Source: an uncultured Thermoleophilaceae bacterium (GTDB taxonomy: Bacteria > Actinomycetota > Thermoleophilia > Solirubrobacterales > Thermoleophilaceae). Taken from it: a stretch of 64,000 bases of DNA. The notes beneath the pieces are model-generated. The model had not been told where the DNA came from. It made no database searches and saw nothing but the letters and a program-made list of their open reading frames with translations. The stretch lies in NCBI GenBank assembly GCA_963706635.1, contig OY970162.1, positions 479,696 to 543,695 of the forward strand. The letters are read 5' to 3'. Numbering within the stretch: position 1 is the stretch's first letter; every line of letters begins with the position of its first letter. The translations under genes and the position numbers were made by a program. Positions 55,340 to 64,000 of this stretch are shown here, piece after piece.

Positions 55340-56257
55340 CTATTCCCGCCGGCCGAAGGGCAGCTCGACGACCTCGGCGGTTACCCCGTCGTCGCCGACG
55401 TCGATCGTGTCGCCCGGCGACGCCTCGCGGCGCACCAGCGCGAGCGCGATCGGCCCGAGCGTGGGGGACACGCAGGTCGAGCCGAGCCGCCCGAGCTCGC
55501 GCTCGCCGAGGCGGAGCGCCTCGCCGCGCTCGGCGGGCGCCGACAGGCGCAGCCCGCGCAGGTGGCGGTTCGGCTTGCCCTTGTAGTAGAGCCGGGCGAC
55601 GGTCTCCTGGCCGACGTAGCAGCCCTTCTCGAAGTCCACCGCGCGGTCGTTGAGGTCGGCCTCCTGGGGGATCGTGTCGCCGTCCATGTCGAAGCCCAGG
55701 CGCGGCCGTCCCGCCTCGATCCGCAGGCACTCCGCCGTCTCCTCCGAGAGCTCCTCGACGCCGAGCTCCGCGCGCGCCTGGTCCGGGTCCGCGCAGATGA
55801 CGTCCACGCCGAGGTCGGTGCTCACGTAGATGCCGAGCTCGCCCTCGACGTTGGCGTGCTCCTCCTGCGGCGGCGCGACGTCCAGCCGGTCCCGGGCGGC
55901 CGGGCCGACCAGCGACAGGAGCGTGCGCTCGCCGGCGAGGTCGCGGAAGGTCACCTGGCGGCCGAGGCTGTAGGTCTGGAGCATGTGCTCGAGCACGCGA
56001 TGGGCTATCGGCTCGGTGTCGAGCAGGAAGCCGCCGGCGGTCCGAAGGATGCGCAGGTCCGCGCGGATCTTTCCCTTGTGGTTGAGAAGGGTCGCGTAGC
56101 AGCCCTGGCCGGGCGCGAGCCCCTCGACGTCGTTGCTCACCTGTCCCTGGAGGAAGTCGGCGGCCTCGTCACCCGCGACCTCGAACAGGGCGCGATCCGG
56201 CCGCTCGACCAGGCCGACGGACTCAGTCGCCAGCTCGTACTCGCCGATGGCAATCAC
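55340..56257 (-). CDS. ygfZ: YgfZ/GcvT-like folate-binding protein
   Basis: Signature EKGCYVGQETVARL (KGCYxGQE). GcvT-like N-terminal fold. Start is GTG 56257, preferred over 56317, which would overlap the divergent gene. Confidence 0.75.
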   Translation of the reverse strand: MIAIGEYELATESVGLVERPDRALFEVAGDEAADFLQGQVSNDVEGLAPGQGCYATLLNHKGKIRADLRILRTAGGFLLDTEPIAHRVLEHMLQTYSLGRQVTFRDLAGERTLLSLVGPAARDRLDVAPPQEEHANVEGELGIYVSTDLGVDVICADPDQARAELGVEELSEETAECLRIEAGRPRLGFDMDGDTIPQEADLNDRAVDFEKGCYVGQETVARLYYKGKPNRHLRGLRLSAPAERGEALRLGERELGRLGSTCVSPTLGPIALALVRREASPGDTIDVGDDGVTAEVVELPFGRRE

Positions 56258-56308
56258 GGAGTCGATTGTAGGTCGCCCGCGGAAGTGATTTTCAGCCTTG
56301 CCTAAACT
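56258..56308. promoter_or_regulatory. AT-enriched divergent promoter region (ygfZ-like / dtxR-mntH)
   Basis: gagtcgattgtaggtcgcccgcggaagtgattttcagccttgcctaaacta. No convincing DtxR/IdeR-type palindrome found. Confidence 0.3.
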
Positions 56309-57010
56309 ATGGTTCAATCAGTGCCGATGAATAAGTTGGTGGAAGCCAAGCCATCGAGCAACGCGGTCCAGGACTACTCCAAGGCGATCTGGTCCCTGGC
56401 CCAGCGGAGCGACGAGCCGGTGTCGACCTCGGCGCTGGCCGAGCGGCTGCACGTGTCGGCCGCCTCCGCGTCCGCGATGGTCAAGCGGCTCGAGTCGCTC
56501 GGGCTTGCGACTCGCGAGCCCTACCACGGGGTCGAGCTGACGGAGGCCGGCGAGCGGGTCGCCCTCGAGGTGGTCCGCCACCACCGTCTCCTCGAGCTGT
56601 ATCTGGCGCAGGCGCTCGGCATGTCCTGGGACCGCGTGCACGCCGAGGCGGAGGTGCTCGAGCACGCCATCTCGGAGGAGCTCTCGGAGCTGATCGCCGA
56701 CGCCCTCGGCAACCCCACGCACGACCCGCACGGGGATCCGATCCCGACGAGCGACGGTGTCATCGAGGAGCTGCAGACGCAGCCGCTGGCCGACCTGGGG
56801 CCCGGCGACGCGGGCACGTTCGTCCGCGTGTCCGACGCCGACCCGGAGATGCTCCGCTATCTCTCGGACCGCGGGATCTTTCCCGGCGACGACTTCGAGG
56901 TGGTCCGCAAGGAGCCCTTCGACGGGCCGCTGTCGGTCCGCTTCGGCTCCGAGGTGCACGTCCTCGGCGGCGCGCTGACCCAGGCGATGCGGGCGGAGGT
57001 GGGGGCATGA
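56309..57010 (+). CDS. DtxR/MntR-family metal-dependent transcriptional regulator with C-terminal FeoA/SH3-like domain
   Basis: QDYSKAIWSLAQRSDEPVSTSALAERLHVSAASASAMVKRLESLGL...HDPHGDPIP. Alternative ATG at 56327. The stop overlaps the mntH ATG (ATGA). Confidence 0.85.
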   Translation: MVQSVPMNKLVEAKPSSNAVQDYSKAIWSLAQRSDEPVSTSALAERLHVSAASASAMVKRLESLGLATREPYHGVELTEAGERVALEVVRHHRLLELYLAQALGMSWDRVHAEAEVLEHAISEELSELIADALGNPTHDPHGDPIPTSDGVIEELQTQPLADLGPGDAGTFVRVSDADPEMLRYLSDRGIFPGDDFEVVRKEPFDGPLSVRFGSEVHVLGGALTQAMRAEVGA

Positions 57011-58276
57011 GCAACGGCGCCCCCACCACCGCGGTGATCGAGGCCACTCCGCTCCAGCTGATCCGCGAGCGCGGCGGCTGGCGCTCCAGGCTCGCCCTGC
57101 TCGGGCCGGCCTTCGTCGCCGCGGTCGCCTACGTCGACCCGGGGAACTTCGCCACCAACATCGCCGGCGGCTCCAAGTACGGCTACCTGCTGCTGTGGGT
57201 GATCCTCGCGGCCAACCTGATGGCGATGCTGATCCAGTACCTGTCGGCCAAGGTGGGCATCGTCACCGGCAAGAACCTTGCCGAGCTCTGCCGCGAGCAC
57301 TTCCCCCGTCCGGTCTCGATCGGCCTCTGGGTGCAGGCGGAGCTGATCGCGATGGCCACGGATCTCGCGGAGTTCGTCGGCGCTGCCATCGCCCTCAACC
57401 TCCTCTTCCACGTGCCGCTCTTCGCCGCCGGGCTGATGACTGCCGTCGTCGCCTTCGCGATCCTCGGCCTCCAGACCCACGGCTATCGCCGCTTCGAGAC
57501 CACGATCGCCGGTCTGCTCGGCGTGATCCTGCTCGGGTTCGTCTACGAGGTGGTCCACTCGGGCGCCGATCCCGGCGGCGTCGCCGGCGGCTTCGTTCCG
57601 GGTTTCCAGGGGACGGAGAGCGTCCTCCTCGCCACGGGGATCCTGGGCGCGACCGTCATGCCGCACGTGATCTACCTCCACTCGGCGCTGACGCAGCGGC
57701 GGGTGCCGTCCTACGACGAGGAGGAGCGCCGCTCGCTGCTCCGCTTCCAGCGCTTCGACGTGCTCATCGCGATGGGCGTGGCCGGCCTCGTGAACATGGC
57801 GATGCTGATCGTGGCGGCGTCGCTGTTCCACGGCGTCCTCGACGTCGACTCGATCGAGGAGGCCCACTCCGGCTTCCACCAGCTCCTCGGCCCCGGCGCG
57901 GCCGTGGCGTTCGGGATCGCTCTGCTCGCTTCCGGGCTGTCCAGCTCGAGCGTCGGAACCTACGCGGGGCAGGTCGTGATGCAGGGCTTCATCCGCCGCT
58001 CGATCCCGCTCGCGGCTCGCCGGCTCGTCGACGATGACCCCGGCGCTGGTGGTGCTCGCGATCGGACTCGATCCCACCAAGTCGCTCGTCATCAGCCAGG
58101 TGGTGCTCTCCTTCGGCATCCCCTTCGCCCTGGTGCCGCTCGTGATCCTCACGCGCCGCCGCGAGGTGATGGGGACGCTGGCCAACGCGCGCCGCACCAC
58201 GGCCGCCGCGTCCGTCGTCGCGTCGCTGATCATCGCCCTGAACCTGTTCCTGGTGGCGAAGACGTTCCTAGGCTGA
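57007..58276 (+). CDS. mntH: NRAMP-family divalent metal (Mn2+) transporter (apparent frameshift ~58015-58035)
   Basis: AYVDPGNFATNIAGGSKYGYLLLWVIL (DPGN). ATVMPHVIYLHSAL. The last two TM helices (MTPALVVLAIGLDPTKSLVISQVVLSFGIPFALVPLVILT) are in the frame of 58034..58276. Confidence 0.85.
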
Positions 58277-58885
58277 GCAGCAGCTCTCGCCCCGCCAGGC
58301 CTCGCGGCCTTCCTTCAGCGCCAGGGCGGCGACCGCGAGCGCCGCGGCCGGATCGGCCCACCACCAGCCGAGGAGGGCGTTTGCGCCGAGGCCCACCAGC
58401 AGAGCCGCCGACAGATACGCGCAGAGCATGTTCTGGCGGCCCTCGCTCGCGGTGGCGGAGGAGCCGAGGGCATCTCCCACACGAGCCTTGGCCGCGGCCA
58501 GGGGCGGCATCGTCACGAGGGTCACGGCCGCCAGGGCGATTCCCAGGGGACTCGCGTCCGCGTGCTCGCCGAGCGCAAGCGTCCGGATCGCCTCGACCGA
58601 CACGTACGCGGCCAGCAGCAGGAAGCTCGCGCCGATCAGCTTCTGGGCCCGGCGCTCGTGGCCCGAGGAGAAACGCCAGAGGACCACGCCCGCGGCGCCG
58701 GCCTCCACCAGCGAGTCGCCTCCGAACGCGACCAGCGCGATGGAGCCTGCTGCGAGGCCCGCGACGGCGGCCACCACGGCCTCGACCAGGTGCCAGCCGA
58801 GGCTCGCCCAGGCCAGGAGCCGCGCCCGCCGGACGAGCGGCTCGCGCGGGATGCCGAGCGGCAGTTCCAGGACCTCGGGCGCCAC
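58268..58885 (-). CDS. cation-efflux (CDF-like) membrane protein, TM domain only
   Basis: 205 aa. About 5-6 TM helices. GSIALVAFGGDSLVE resembles the CDF TM2 metal-site region. C-terminal ESCCSA. Converges on and overlaps mntH by 9 nt. Confidence 0.55.
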   Translation of the reverse strand: MAPEVLELPLGIPREPLVRRARLLAWASLGWHLVEAVVAAVAGLAAGSIALVAFGGDSLVEAGAAGVVLWRFSSGHERRAQKLIGASFLLLAAYVSVEAIRTLALGEHADASPLGIALAAVTLVTMPPLAAAKARVGDALGSSATASEGRQNMLCAYLSAALLVGLGANALLGWWWADPAAALAVAALALKEGREAWRGESCCSA

Positions 58886-58908
58886 AGGGCAGAGGATAAG
58901 GTTCGGCC

Positions 58909-59270
58909 ATGGGCCTCGCCGAGGAGTTCGACCAGATCGCCGACTCGCTTCCGCCTGACTGGACCGCCCTCGAGCTCGACCTGAGGATCGCCGACGAGGA
59001 CCGCTACATCGACGCCGCCACCCTCCTCACGGTCATCAACGCGATGCCCTACTCGGAGCACGACTGGCACTTCCGGCTGCGCGTGGCCCACACCTTCGGG
59101 CACGCCGCCGCGAGGCCACGGTGCACGGCGCGCTCGCGATGCTGGACGGCCAGGGCATCGAGGGCGAGCTCGTCGCGCGCGAGGTCCGGGTGGGCCGGGT
59201 CGAGGTCATGCAGATGTGGGGCCGGCCCGAGTCGGTGCGCCAGGAGTTCCGCCGCCGCCGCGCCCAGTAG
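58909..59270 (+). CDS. hypothetical protein (apparent frameshift ~59105-59115)
   Basis: MGLAEEFDQIADSLPPDWTALELDLRIADEDRYIDAATLLTVINAMPYSEHDWHFRLRVAHTFGHAAA, then shifted EATVHGALAMLDGQGIEGELVAREVRVGRVEVMQMWGRPESVRQEF..., TAG at 59268-59270. Confidence 0.45.
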
Positions 59271-59273
59271 CGC

Positions 59274-59582
59274 GTGGCGCGCGTCGCGCTGCTCTGTCCC
59301 GACCTGCTGTTCGGCTCGAAGCTCCGTAGCGCGCTCGCCGACGGCGGGCACGAGGTGGTCGCGCCGGGCTCGCCGGCCGACCTGCTGGTGGTGGATCTCA
59401 CCGCCGACGTCGACGAGCGCCTCGCCGAGGCCGGCGCGGCCGGCCTGCCCACGCTCGCCTTCTACTCGCACGTCGAGCAGGACGTGCGCCGCAAGGCGGA
59501 GGAGGCGGGCATCGACCGCGTCGTGCCCCGCTCGCGCATGGCCCGCGAGGCGGCCGCGCTGGTCGACGGCATGCTCGCCTAG
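59274..59582 (+). CDS. hypothetical 102-aa protein (flavodoxin/receiver-like alpha/beta pattern)
   Basis: GTG start 4 nt after the upstream stop. VALLCPDLLFGSKLRSAL..DLLVVDLTADVDERL..PTLAFYSHVEQDV. The stop TAG belongs to MITE copy 4. Confidence 0.45.
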   Translation: MARVALLCPDLLFGSKLRSALADGGHEVVAPGSPADLLVVDLTADVDERLAEAGAAGLPTLAFYSHVEQDVRRKAEEAGIDRVVPRSRMAREAAALVDGMLA

Positions 59583-59749
59583 ATGACTGATTCCACGACC
59601 CCGCATACGCGGATGACGCACGGATACCGTCGCTGGATCGGGGTCATCGGGCTCGCCGATACGCCCGTGTATCGGCGTCGCCCTGCTTCCCCCGCCCAGC
59701 TCGGTCCCGTGCGCCCCCGCGCACACGCGGCCGCGGAATCAATCATCTA
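59580..59749 (-). mobile_element. MITE-like palindromic element, copy 4 (170 bp, same orientation as copy 3)
   Basis: TAGATGACTGATTCCACGACCCCGCATACGCGG...GCGGCCGCGGAATCAATCATCTA. Confidence 0.85.
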
Positions 59750-60697
59750 GCGAGCGACGCTGAAGTCGAAGGCGCGGTCGACGTCCGGCTTGCGCTCGAG
59801 GATCCCGAAGCGCGCGTCCCATGCCGCCCACTCGTCGAGCACGCGACGATGGAGCACCAGCGGCGGGCTGAAGGCGGGGGAGACCGCGGCGAGCTGTGCC
59901 CGGACGAGGCCCTCGTCGGAGTTGCCCGCGCGGGCGATGTCGCGGATCGCCGGATCCGGATGGCGCAGCGACCTCGCGCACGCCGTCGGCCACCGCCGCC
60001 ACCACCGCGTCGATCGCCGCCCGGCGCCGCTTCAGGATCTTGCGCGTCGTGAACAGGACCACCTCCGGATAGCGCGGAGCGCCGTAGTCGTCGACGCGGA
60101 ACTCGCGTGTCTGCACTCCGCGCCGCCGCAGAACGACTCCCTCCGCGTTCCAGAAGGCCGGCACTCCCTGCACGCGCCGGTCGATCAGGCTGGGTACCGC
60201 GCAGAAGCCGATCGTGACCAGGTGGGCGCGCTTCACGTCGCCGCCGTCGTCCTGCATCACGGCCCGGAGCACGGCCGGGTCGGAGGGCAGGCCGGAGACG
60301 CCTACGCGGCGGCCCTCGAGATCGCGCGGGCGGCGTATGTCGTCGCGGGCGATGATCGCGGCCAGCGGGCGTTGCACGAGCGCGCCCACGCCGACGAAGT
60401 CACGCCCGCGCTCGCGCGCCAGGCCGAGGTCGTGGATGTCGAGCACGGCCATGTCGGCGCGCCCGCCGGCAAGCAGCTTGAGCGAGTCGGGCGCGGAGCC
60501 CGGGGGGCGGATCCGCAGTCGGATCCCGTGCCTGCGGTCGTAGCCCTTGCGGACGGCCGCGTAGATGGGGGCGTGCACGGCGTTGGGCTTGAAGTCGAGC
60601 GCGAGCGTGATCCGCTGGTCGCCGCTGCCGCCGCCCCCGCCGCAGCCGCCGCCAGGAGGGCCGCCAGCAGCGGAACAAGGGCAGGGGCGCGCCGCAC
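59747..60697 (-). CDS. NMT1/THI5-like ABC-type substrate-binding lipoprotein (two apparent frameshifts ~59965 and ~60650)
   Basis: GTG 60697. Signal RRAPALVPLLAALLA, then (shift) GCGGGGG lipobox region. ITLALDFKPNAVHAPIYAAVRKGYDRRHGIRLRIRPPG. The C-terminal 70 aa (..AIRDIARAGNSDEGLVRAQL..DFSVAR-stop) lie in another frame and end on the MITE CTA. Confidence 0.65.
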
Positions 60698-60767
60698 GGC
60701 GGCGAAGCCTATGGGCGACCGATGGTTACACTGCCGCGGCTCTCGAACGCTCCCAGGAGGTCGTCTC

Positions 60768-61510
60768 GTGCAGGATCGCGGGCCCGCCGCATATATCGCC
60801 GAGTTCATCGGCACGCTCATGCTCGTCTTCTTCATCTGCCGCGGTGTCGCTCTTCGTGACCCAGGCGACGCCGCAGCAGCCCGCGCCGTTCATCGACTGG
60901 TCGGTGATCGGGCTGGTGCACCTCTTCGTCCTGTTCGTGCTGATCCAGACGCTGGCGGTCGTGTGCGGGGCGCACTTCAACCCCGCGGTCACGGTGGCGA
61001 TGGCCGCGCTGCGGCAGATCAAGCCGCCGGACGCGGTGATCTACATCCTGGCCCAGCTGGCGGGCGCGGTGGCCGGGGCGCTGATCATGAAGACTCCTGC
61101 TGGACGAGGGCAAGGCGGTCAACTACGGCGCCACCTTGGTGGGCCCGCGTCTGGACGGCAAGATCTTGCTCGGCATGCTCGCCGAGGCCATCGGCACCTT
61201 CATCCTGATGTTCGTCATCATGGGCGTGGCCGCCAACCCGCGCGCGGCAAAGGACTGGGCGGCGCTCGCCATCGGCGGCGCGCTGGGTGCCGCCGTGATG
61301 GTGATCGGCCCTCTGACCGGCGCCGGCCTCAACCCGGCCCGCGCCTTCGGACCCGCGCTGGTCGCCCGCGAGTTCGACGGGGTGGGCAAGTTCCTGCTCG
61401 TCTACATGCTGGCGCCGATCCTCGGCGCGCTGGTCGCGGCGCTTCTCTACTTCAACGTGTTCACAGCGCCGGGTGCCACGGGCGAGAAGCCCATGGAGCC
61501 GGTCGGTTAG
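60768..61510 (+). CDS. MIP-family channel (aquaporin/glycerol facilitator) (two apparent frameshifts ~60840 and ~61093)
   Basis: GTG 60768, preceded by AGGAGG. AAYIAEFIGTLMLVFFI. First NPA in GAHFNPAVTVA. Second NPA in GAGLNPARAFGPAL. Confidence 0.8.
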
Positions 61511-61536
61511 CCAATACGGCCGTAGACTCGGGCGAG

Positions 61537-63728
61537 ATGCGCCGGGTCACCTTCTCGCGCAACTTCACGCTGTCGCTGTCGCGCACGTGCCAGTGCTACT
61601 GCAAGTACTGCGCGTTCGCCACGCACCGGGCGCATCTCTACGCGCCCGACGAGGTGGAGCGGCTCCTGGACGACGCCGCCCGCCGCGGCGTCAAGGAGCT
61701 GCTCGTGCTCACCGGGGAGCGGCCCGAGGTGAACCCCGAGGTGGCCGCGCGGCTGGCCGAGTACGGGCACGACAGACTTCATGTCCTACGTGGCCTGGGC
61801 CTGCGAGCGGGCGCTCGAGCGCGGGATGCTGCCGCACACCAACCTGGGTGTGCTCGAGCGCGAGGAGCTCGCGCGCCTGCGCGAGGTCACGGCCTCGCAG
61901 GGGCTGATGCTCGAGTCGGTGAACCCCGACCTCGTGGTGCACCAGGGCTCGCCGACCAAGCACCCGGAGGCGCGCCTCGACACGATCCGCGCGGCCGGCG
62001 AGCTGCGGATCCCGTTCACCAGCGGGATCCTGGTGGGCATCGGCGAGTCGCCGGAGGAGCGCGTCGAGGCGCTCGAGGCGCTGGCGGAGGTGCACGCGGA
62101 GTACGGCCACCTCCAGGAGGTGATCCTCCAGAACTTCGTGCCCCACCCGCGCTACTACGGCGCCGAGCCGGCGGAGATCGCCGACGAGGCGCAGCGCGGC
62201 GACGCGCGCCCGGCGACCGAGCTGCCGCTGCCGGGCTGGGCCACGCCGATCACGCTCGACGACATGCGCGAGCTCGTCCGCGAATGCCGCCGGCTGATGC
62301 CCGACGTGGGCGTGCAGATCCCGCCGAACCTCTCCGACTGGTGGCTGCCGCTCGTGGAGGAGGGGGCCACCGACCTCGGCGGCCTGTCCGCCAACGGCGA
62401 CCACATCTCGCCCGAGCACCCCTTCCCGTCGCCGCACCGGATGCGAAAGCAGCTCCAGCCCCGCGGCTACGCGCTCACCGAGCGGCTCTGCGTCTACCCG
62501 CAGTACATGGACCCGGAGTGGATCGAGCAGGGCGTGCTCGACGTGATCAAGGTGAAGTACTGGAGCTTCATCCCGCGGCGCGGCTCGGGCCGCCGGGAGG
62601 AGCGGCCGATCCGCCGCGACCTGGTTCCCGGAGCCGTGTCCCGCGCCCGCGACGGCGAGTCGCTTTCGGAGGACGAGCTCACGGCGCTGTTCGCCGAGAC
62701 GCGGCCGGAGGCGATCGAGGACATGCGCCAGGCGGCCGACGAGCTGCGCGCCGAGCTGGCCGGCGAGACGGTCACCTTCGTGGTGAACCGCAACATCAAC
62801 GTGTCCAACATCTGCATCGTCGGCTGCGCCTTCTGCGGCTTCGGCCAGGGCAAGCGCTCACCGGACGCCTACGAGCACTCCGAGGAGGAGTTCGAGCGCC
62901 GCGTGCAGGAGGCGGTGGAGTTCGGCGCCACCGAGATCTGCATGCAGTCGGGCATCCATCCGGACTGGACGCTCGAGGACTACGAGCACTGGCTGCGCCT
63001 CGTCAAGGAGGTGGCACCCCAGATCCACCTCCACGCCTACTCGCCGATGGAGGTGCGCACTCATGGCCGGCGAGCGCCCGCTCGACGAGGTGTTCGAGCG
63101 GCTGCGGGAGGCGGGGCTCGGCTCGACGCCCGGGACCGCGGCCGAGGTGCTGCACGACGGCGTCCGCGAGCGCATCTCGCCGAACAAGCTGCCGGCCACG
63201 CGCTGGGTCGAGATCATGGAGGCCTCCGCGGCGGCGGGGCTCTCGACCAGCGTGACCGTGATGTTCGGCCACATCGAGGAGCCCTGGGAGCTGGCCGAGC
63301 ACATGCGAGTGGTACGCGAGCTCCAGGAGCGGACCGCTGCCTTCAACGAGTTCGTGCCGCTCTCGTTCATCCCGTTCCACACGCTGCTCGGGCGCACGCA
63401 CGGCATCGAGGAGATCTCACGGGAGGAGAACCTCAAGCACACGGCGATCTTCCGGCTCGCCCTCGGCAAGACGGTCCGCAGCCTCCAGGCGAGCTGGGTG
63501 AAGATGGGCCTCGACGCCGCCACCGAGGCGCTCGACTGGGGCGTGAACGACCTCGGCGGGACGCTGATGGAGGAGAACATCAGCCGCCTCGCGGGCTCCT
63601 ACCACGGCGTGAAGCTCGATCCCGGCGACCTGATCGGCGCCGCACACCGGGCGGGCCGGCCGGCCGCGGAGCGGAGCACGCTCTACGGGATCCGGCGCGA
63701 GTACCCGCTGGAAGTCGCAGCCGCGTAG
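61537..63728 (+). CDS. fbiC: FO synthase (fused CofG/CofH, F420 biosynthesis) (two apparent frameshifts ~61775 and ~63055)
   Basis: Two radical-SAM CxxxCxxC motifs (CQCYCKYC; CIVGCAFC). GILVGIGESPEERVEAL. LQEVILQNFVPH. TSVTVMFGHIEE. The central 1.3 kb is in a frame absent from the ORF track because that frame has no stop before the window end. Confidence 0.85.
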
Positions 63729-63776
63729 GGAGGAGCGCAGCCGGGGCGTTGGCCCGGCGAGCACCGGACCACGCAG

Positions 63777-64000
63777 TTAGCCCGCGACCCAGCGGACCTT
63801 GGCGCCGCGCAGGCTGGCGCTCGAGCGTCGCGGCTCGGAGTCGGCGGCGGGCTGCTCGATCTCGGCCAGCCGGCGCAGCACGGCGGCGCGCTCGGCGTCG
63901 AGCTCGCGCAGCCGCGCCGACAGGCCGTCGCGGATCTCGCGCAGCTCGTCGGTGGTCGTCAGGCGACCGCCCGTGGCCCGCGCGGCCTGAGACGCCTCGC
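63777..64000 (-). CDS. C-terminal fragment of a coiled-coil protein (runs off right edge; not in ORF track)
   Basis: Own translation: ...TTTDELREIRDGLSARLRELDAERAAVLRRLAEIEQPAADSEPRRSSASLRGAKVRWVAG-stop (TAA 63777-63779). ORF 63799..63990 (+) is its shadow. Confidence 0.4.
   Translation of the reverse strand, partial: EASQAARATGGRLTTTDELREIRDGLSARLRELDAERAAVLRRLAEIEQPAADSEPRRSSASLRGAKVRWVAG

Noticed and set aside
56258-56326. DtxR/IdeR/MntR operator upstream of the dtxR-mntH pair.
   Set aside because: The best candidate (TTGCCTAAACTATGGTTCAA) is only weakly palindromic and does not resemble the TWAGGTWAGSCTWACCTWA consensus. Not reportable without a matrix search.
60698-60767. TPP riboswitch upstream of the NMT1/THI5-like binding-protein gene.
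   Set aside because: The leader is only about 70 nt. It lacks the conserved CUGAGA / ACCUGAUCUGGAUAAUGCCAGCG-type elements on the relevant strand.
63799-63990. ORF 63799..63990 (+), 63 aa.
   Set aside because: It is a shadow of the better-supported minus-strand coiled-coil gene fragment, which ends at TAA 63777-63779.
1-64000. CRISPR arrays, tRNA/rRNA genes, prophage or integrase genes, and known anti-phage systems.
   Set aside because: No spaced direct-repeat arrays, cloverleaf-sized conserved RNAs, integrases/transposases or recognisable defence-gene combinations were seen. The only dispersed repeat is the MITE-like element.

Overview
Very GC-rich bacterial chromosome segment, Actinomycetota-like by gene content (fused fbiC, F420-type LLM oxidoreductase, GTP-PEPCK, standalone clpS). 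Taxonomy is inference only. No rRNA, tRNA or CRISPR array was recognised.

Layout:
- 0-20.5 kb: Wzx/Wzy-type exopolysaccharide locus. It holds a BY-kinase/co-polymerase, two Wzy/O-antigen-ligase family proteins, GT4, GT2, a flippase, a deacetylase, three secreted parallel beta-helix paralogues, a tiny LPFTG sortase substrate, a sugar-nucleotide cassette and a sortase.
- 20.5-34 kb: central and miscellaneous metabolism (pckG, ALDH, ThDP enzyme, CoA-transferase, GH5, mobA, GGDEF).
- 34.5-45.6 kb: a tightly overlapping minus-strand gene string. Order: cyclase-STAND-TPR, duplicated unknown domain, DyP peroxidase, desaturase, ethylmalonyl-CoA mutase, DUF559 insert, meaB, micro-ORF.
- 45.7-64 kb: clpS, ccr, MarR-MFS, DtxR-mntH, aquaporin and fbiC.

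Most notable findings:
1. A ~170-bp palindromic MITE-like element occurs in five copies. Every copy sits exactly between convergent genes. In the four full-length copies the terminal TAG...CTA supplies a stop codon to at least one flanking gene.
2. Apparent single-base frameshifts number roughly three dozen by manual frame tracking. They are extremely dense at 15.6-20.1 kb and scattered elsewhere. They may be consensus indel errors or recent gene decay.
3. An Arg-rich C-terminal module is shared by three secreted enzymes.

The ORF track omits ORFs that run off the window edges, such as the central part of fbiC and the partial genes at both ends. Many long Arg/Pro/Gly-rich ORFs in the track are GC-driven shadows.
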